Shown here: positions 43,494 to 47,159 of the stretch, in pieces | Numbering within the stretch: position 1 is the first letter of the stretch | Layout: the number at the start of each line of letters is the position of its first letter | Virus record (IMG/VR): IMGVR_UViG_3300017909_000327 | Span: 1 to 47,159 of that record | DNA: 47,159 nt | Direction: 5' to 3' (one strand) | Source of the DNA: a virus | Taxonomy: Duplodnaviria > Caudoviricetes | Position numbers and translations under genes: made by a program | Notes under the pieces: model-generated | The model's input: the letters and a program-made list of their open reading frames with translations, nothing else | What the model was told of the DNA's origin: nothing | Databases searched by the model: none

Positions 43494-44369
43494 ATGAATA
43501 CAGAATTAGCTATACAAAATGATTTAGGTATGTCACTTGCAGAAGCAGTGGGTGTAAATCCTAACAGTGGTGATGGTGAAAGAAAGACACCTGCTTTACC
43601 TAGAGTAAACCTGATGCACACAGGTATTATGGGTGAGATTGATGTTAATGGTAAGTCTATCAGAACTGAGGTCATACCATCAGGATCATTCAAGATTACA
43701 AGAGGTGAGGACGATGTTGTTTACGCATCTAAACCTGTTGTACGTATCTTTGCAATCAGACAGCAGTGGTCTAAGTGGGATGCTAAAGATGAGATAATGA
43801 TGAAAACTATCATGTCTAACGATCTTAAAGGTGACCTCAAAGATAACATGGGTACATTCAATTTAGGTAGACCATCAGGTTACATCGAAGATTGGGACAG
43901 CTTACCAGATAAAACAAAAGATCTCATACGTAGCATTAAGCGTAAGAAGATTCTCTTCGGTGAGTTGAGTGCAGCAGGTGTTACTGACGAAGCAGGTAAT
44001 CCAGTTGAGCCTATTACTGATATGCCTTTTTACTTTGAAGTACCACCTTCAAGCATCAAGTCTTTGGATGCAGCAGTGAGTGCACTGTCACGTAAAAACA
44101 TATTACCTATTCAGTGTATGATTACATTAGGTGCAGAATTAGTTAATTCTAATACAGGTAATACCTTTGCTGTTATGACTCTAGAATCAGGTGATAAGAT
44201 TGATTTGAAACAAGAAGATCAACAAACACTACACAACTTCTTGGAGTACATCACTACTCAAAACTCTTACATTCTACAACAGTGGAGTGAGAAGAATCAA
44301 AAGAATATCTCTGATGATGATGCTGCAATAGTAGCAGAGTTTGTTAACGTAGAAGAGGCAGAAGAGTAA
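43494..44369 (+). CDS. Putative single-stranded DNA-binding protein
   Basis: Position after polA; acidic C-terminal tail. Confidence 0.5.
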   Translation: MNTELAIQNDLGMSLAEAVGVNPNSGDGERKTPALPRVNLMHTGIMGEIDVNGKSIRTEVIPSGSFKITRGEDDVVYASKPVVRIFAIRQQWSKWDAKDEIMMKTIMSNDLKGDLKDNMGTFNLGRPSGYIEDWDSLPDKTKDLIRSIKRKKILFGELSAAGVTDEAGNPVEPITDMPFYFEVPPSSIKSLDAAVSALSRKNILPIQCMITLGAELVNSNTGNTFAVMTLESGDKIDLKQEDQQTLHNFLEYITTQNSYILQQWSEKNQKNISDDDAAIVAEFVNVEEAEE

Positions 44370-45232
44370 TGAACCACCCTGCTGAACTAGCTGTCTTTGA
44401 GTATCTTGGTAAAGCTATCAAGGGTGAAACAGATATGGCTGAAGACATACGTAAGCAAGTTGCTTCTGATGTTGAAGCTGCACTAGAGAAGCAGTTCGGT
44501 GGCAAGCCTCGTGATGAGTTTAGACTAAGGATGTCCAACATTGGGCGTCCTACTTGTCAGCTATGGTTTGAGAAGAATGACCCAGAAGATAAAACACCAC
44601 TACCACCACACTTCTTGATCAACATGATCATAGGTGACATCGTGGAAGCAGTGTTCAAGGGTCTTCTTCGTGCTGCTGAAGTAGACTTCAAAGATAATGA
44701 CAATGTAACTCTTAAACTAAAGGATGGCACAGAAGTAAAGGGTGAGTACGACATGGTGCTTGATGGTAAGGTAGACGATGTTAAGTCAGCCTCCCCCTGG
44801 TCATACAAAAATAAGTTCAACAGCTTAGAAACTTTAGCTAAAAGTGACAGCTTTGGATACGTGTCTCAATTAGTAGGTTACGCTGAAGCTGCAGGTGTAG
44901 ATGTCGGTGGTTGGTGGGTAGTCAACAAAGCTAACGGTGAGTTTAAATATGTTGATGCAAACGATGTAGACAAGGGTGCAGTAATGGAAAGCATCGAAGA
45001 TACAGTAGAGTACATCAATGAAGACAAACCTTTTAAGCGTTGCTTTGAGGCTGTACCTGAGACACACTTCCGTAAACTCACAGGCAATCTAAAGCTTGGA
45101 TCTGAATGTAGCTTCTGTTCATTTAAACATAAGTGTTGGTCTAATATACAAACACGCACTGCTGTAATGTCTAAGGCTCAAAACCCACCTATGGTAGACT
45201 ATGTTCTATTGAGTCCTGAGTATGCGGCATAA
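44369..45232 (+). CDS. PD-(D/E)XK (Cas4-like) exonuclease
   Basis: RMSNIGRP.C, GEYD..DVKS, QLVGY, C.FC..K..CW. Confidence 0.8.
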   Translation: MNHPAELAVFEYLGKAIKGETDMAEDIRKQVASDVEAALEKQFGGKPRDEFRLRMSNIGRPTCQLWFEKNDPEDKTPLPPHFLINMIIGDIVEAVFKGLLRAAEVDFKDNDNVTLKLKDGTEVKGEYDMVLDGKVDDVKSASPWSYKNKFNSLETLAKSDSFGYVSQLVGYAEAAGVDVGGWWVVNKANGEFKYVDANDVDKGAVMESIEDTVEYINEDKPFKRCFEAVPETHFRKLTGNLKLGSECSFCSFKHKCWSNIQTRTAVMSKAQNPPMVDYVLLSPEYAA

Positions 45233-45650
45233 CAAAGCTAGGTATCGCAGTGGCTTAGAAAAAGAAGTTGCTGCGTACTTACGTAAGAAACAAAAGAAAG
45301 TTAGATATGAAGTATTGAAGGTAGAGTGGGAAGACCTACGTTATCGCACCTACACACCAGACTTTGTATTGGACAATGGTATTATCATAGAAACTAAAGG
45401 TATCTTTGATAGCGCAGATAGACGTAAGCATCGTGAGATAAAGAGGCAACACCCTGAGTTAGACATACGATTTGTATTTAGTAATGCAAACTCAAAGTTA
45501 TACAAGGGTGCTAAGTCTAGGTATTGCAATTGGTGTGACAAGTATAAGTTTCAATGGGCGCATCGTGTCATACCTGAAGAGTGGTTAAAAGAAAAAGGTA
45601 AAGAGATTACAGTTAAGCGAATAGAATTAAAAACAAAAAGGAAAGACTGA
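45222..45650 (+). CDS. T7 gp3-like endonuclease I (Holliday junction resolvase)
   Basis: YRSGLE, YTPDF, IETKG, DIRFVF. Confidence 0.9.
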   Translation: MRHNKARYRSGLEKEVAAYLRKKQKKVRYEVLKVEWEDLRYRTYTPDFVLDNGIIIETKGIFDSADRRKHREIKRQHPELDIRFVFSNANSKLYKGAKSRYCNWCDKYKFQWAHRVIPEEWLKEKGKEITVKRIELKTKRKD

Positions 45651-45985
45651 TGGGACATGACTTAGACGATGATGAGATAGCAATAGTTATAAGTCCAGTA
45701 AATTATAAAGACACTAATAAATGGAATGGTGAAACAAATGTATCAATAGCTATATCTCCTGAGCATAATTTACCTGAGCCTATAATTAATGGCATAGTAG
45801 ATGTGGCTACTATGATGTCAGCTTTCTTAGATCTATCTAATGAGCAACCATACTTGTATGCTTTAGTAAAAGAACACAGAGATTATTTAATTTCTATGGA
45901 TGAGGAAGAAGAGAAACCTATTGTAACGAAAGAGGGAAATGTATATAGACTTAACAAGTGGACAAAAACGAAGGGAAACGCATAA
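45650..45985 (+). CDS. Hypothetical protein
   Basis: TGATG overlap; ends GNV..TKTKGNA. Confidence 0.65.
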   Translation: MGHDLDDDEIAIVISPVNYKDTNKWNGETNVSIAISPEHNLPEPIINGIVDVATMMSAFLDLSNEQPYLYALVKEHRDYLISMDEEEEKPIVTKEGNVYRLNKWTKTKGNA

Positions 45986-46263
45986 TGCTATCAGATTCTG
46001 ATTTAACTATTACACTAACTGGTGATACAACACTAGACCATGATCAAGTAAATAATCCAGTACACTACAATCACAGTGGCATAGAATGTATTGAAGCCAT
46101 AGAAGCAATGACAGAGAATATGTCAGGCGCTACAGCACCTCACGCTGCTAACGTGTTGAAGTATCTGTGGAGACATGAGTACAAGAATGGCTTAGAAGAT
46201 ATAGATAAAGCTATCTGGTATCTGAATAGACTTAAGGATCGCTACAAGGAGATCCACAAATGA
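45985..46263 (+). CDS. DUF3310 (T7 gp1.7-like nucleotide kinase)
   Basis: VNNPVHY..IECIEAI..KYLWR..KNG.ED..KA.WYL. Confidence 0.85.
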   Translation: MLSDSDLTITLTGDTTLDHDQVNNPVHYNHSGIECIEAIEAMTENMSGATAPHAANVLKYLWRHEYKNGLEDIDKAIWYLNRLKDRYKEIHK

Positions 46264-46616
46264 TAACACCAGATGATATAGATGCTTGGAAAGATATGTA
46301 TCAAATGACGTTTGAAGAATATCAGATTGAAGCAGAAAAGACTGCTATATATCCTAAAGAGCATGAGATAGTTTACCCTGCGTTGGGACTCGCAGGTGAA
46401 GCAGGTGAAGTAGCCAACAAAGTAAAGAAGATGTTAAGGGATGGGACGTTTAACAGAGATGATGTAGCAGCAGAGATAGGTGATTGCCTGTGGTACATTG
46501 CAGCTTTATGCCGTGACTTAAACTTTGATATGACAGACCTTGCCCAACGCAACTTAACTAAACTTAATAGTCGTATGGAACGAGGAACCATTCAAGGTAG
46601 TGGCGATAAAAGATGA
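46260..46616 (+). CDS. mazG: MazG-like NTP pyrophosphohydrolase
   Basis: LGLAGEAGEVANKVKK..EIGDCLWY..GSGDKR. Confidence 0.9.
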   Translation: MITPDDIDAWKDMYQMTFEEYQIEAEKTAIYPKEHEIVYPALGLAGEAGEVANKVKKMLRDGTFNRDDVAAEIGDCLWYIAALCRDLNFDMTDLAQRNLTKLNSRMERGTIQGSGDKR

Positions 46617-46777
46617 AGTTTAATATTAAACTAACAATAGAAATAGACGAGGAAGAACGGATACTACCCATAGTAGCAGAGATGCACGAGGAGGCAGTTA
46701 CTGAGTTATTCCAAAATATTATTTATGATATTGATGGTGCAGTAATTAGAAAGATAGAGGTGAAAAAATATGAATAA
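46613..46777 (+). CDS. Small hypothetical protein, 54 aa
   Basis: Hand translation MKFNIKLTIEIDEEE...; ATGA overlap. Confidence 0.55.
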   Translation: MKFNIKLTIEIDEEERILPIVAEMHEEAVTELFQNIIYDIDGAVIRKIEVKKYE

Positions 46778-47159
46778 CTACTTACCAACAGACTACCAAA
46801 GCTTTATACACAAGTCACGGTACGCTAAATACATTGATGGCAAGGGCAGAGAGTCTTGGCCTGAAACAGTTAATCGTTATATAGGGAACGTAGTAGGTGA
46901 CAAAGTAGATAAACAGACATCTGCTGAGATAGAGCAAGCTATTCTATCGTTAGACATTATGCCAAGCATGAGAGCTATGATGACTGCAGGTGCAGCTTTG
47001 GATAGAGATAACACTGCAGGATATAACTGTAGCTACTTACCTGTAGATGATCCAAAGTCCTTCGATGAAGCTATGTACATCCTGCTCTGTGGCACTGGTG
47101 TCGGCTTCAGTGTTGAGAGGCAGTTCATTAGCAAGCTTCCCGAAGTGCCTGAACTGTTC
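46770..47159 (+). CDS. nrdJ: Class II (B12-dependent) ribonucleotide reductase, partial
   Basis: Hand translation SRYA..RESWPETVNRY..MPSMRAMMTAG..YNCSY..LLCGTGVGFSVE. Confidence 0.85.
   Translation, partial: MNNYLPTDYQSFIHKSRYAKYIDGKGRESWPETVNRYIGNVVGDKVDKQTSAEIEQAILSLDIMPSMRAMMTAGAALDRDNTAGYNCSYLPVDDPKSFDEAMYILLCGTGVGFSVERQFISKLPEVPELF

Noticed and set aside
44369-45232. Cas4-like nuclease as part of a CRISPR system
   Set aside because: Standalone phage exonuclease in the replication module; no cas1/cas2 or array
1-47159. tRNA/rRNA genes, inteins, introns, T7-type RNA polymerase
   Set aside because: None recognised by eye; TerL, helicase and PolA are of ordinary length and uninterrupted; tRNAscan/Infernal were not run

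Overview
Partial genome of a marine podovirus of the HMO-2011 type, probably infecting an alphaproteobacterium such as a roseobacter (host is inferred). The diagnostic feature is a family A DNA polymerase with a DnaJ-type CxxCxGxG zinc-finger insert, found with a tyrosine integrase, primase, helicase, MazG and a class II RNR. Two arms diverge from a non-coding control region at about 30.05-31.08 kb. The minus-strand arm (30048 to 1) carries small basic proteins, terminase, portal, scaffold, capsid, tail, fibre, three beta-propeller proteins, an ejection protein, a GH108 lysozyme and a holin-like gene. The plus-strand arm (31087 to 47159) carries early small genes, a Gp88-like protein, a C5 methyltransferase, the integrase and replication/nucleotide genes. 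The most notable unannotated signals are: (1) a 96-nt strand-specific RNA hairpin with a CCUCCUCCC anti-Shine-Dalgarno loop, plus a DUF1127 small-protein gene missing from the ORF track; (2) a repeated internal-loop RNA motif in the scaffold and capsid leaders; (3) a [YFA]-x-x-G-G motif across virion proteins, with a candidate reader domain in the prohead-protease gene slot; (4) arrays of host-regulator-like boxes, including PhaR-like ones, before the early promoter; (5) propeller genes sharing identical DNA at a module boundary. All calls were made by eye; no searches or folding programs were run.
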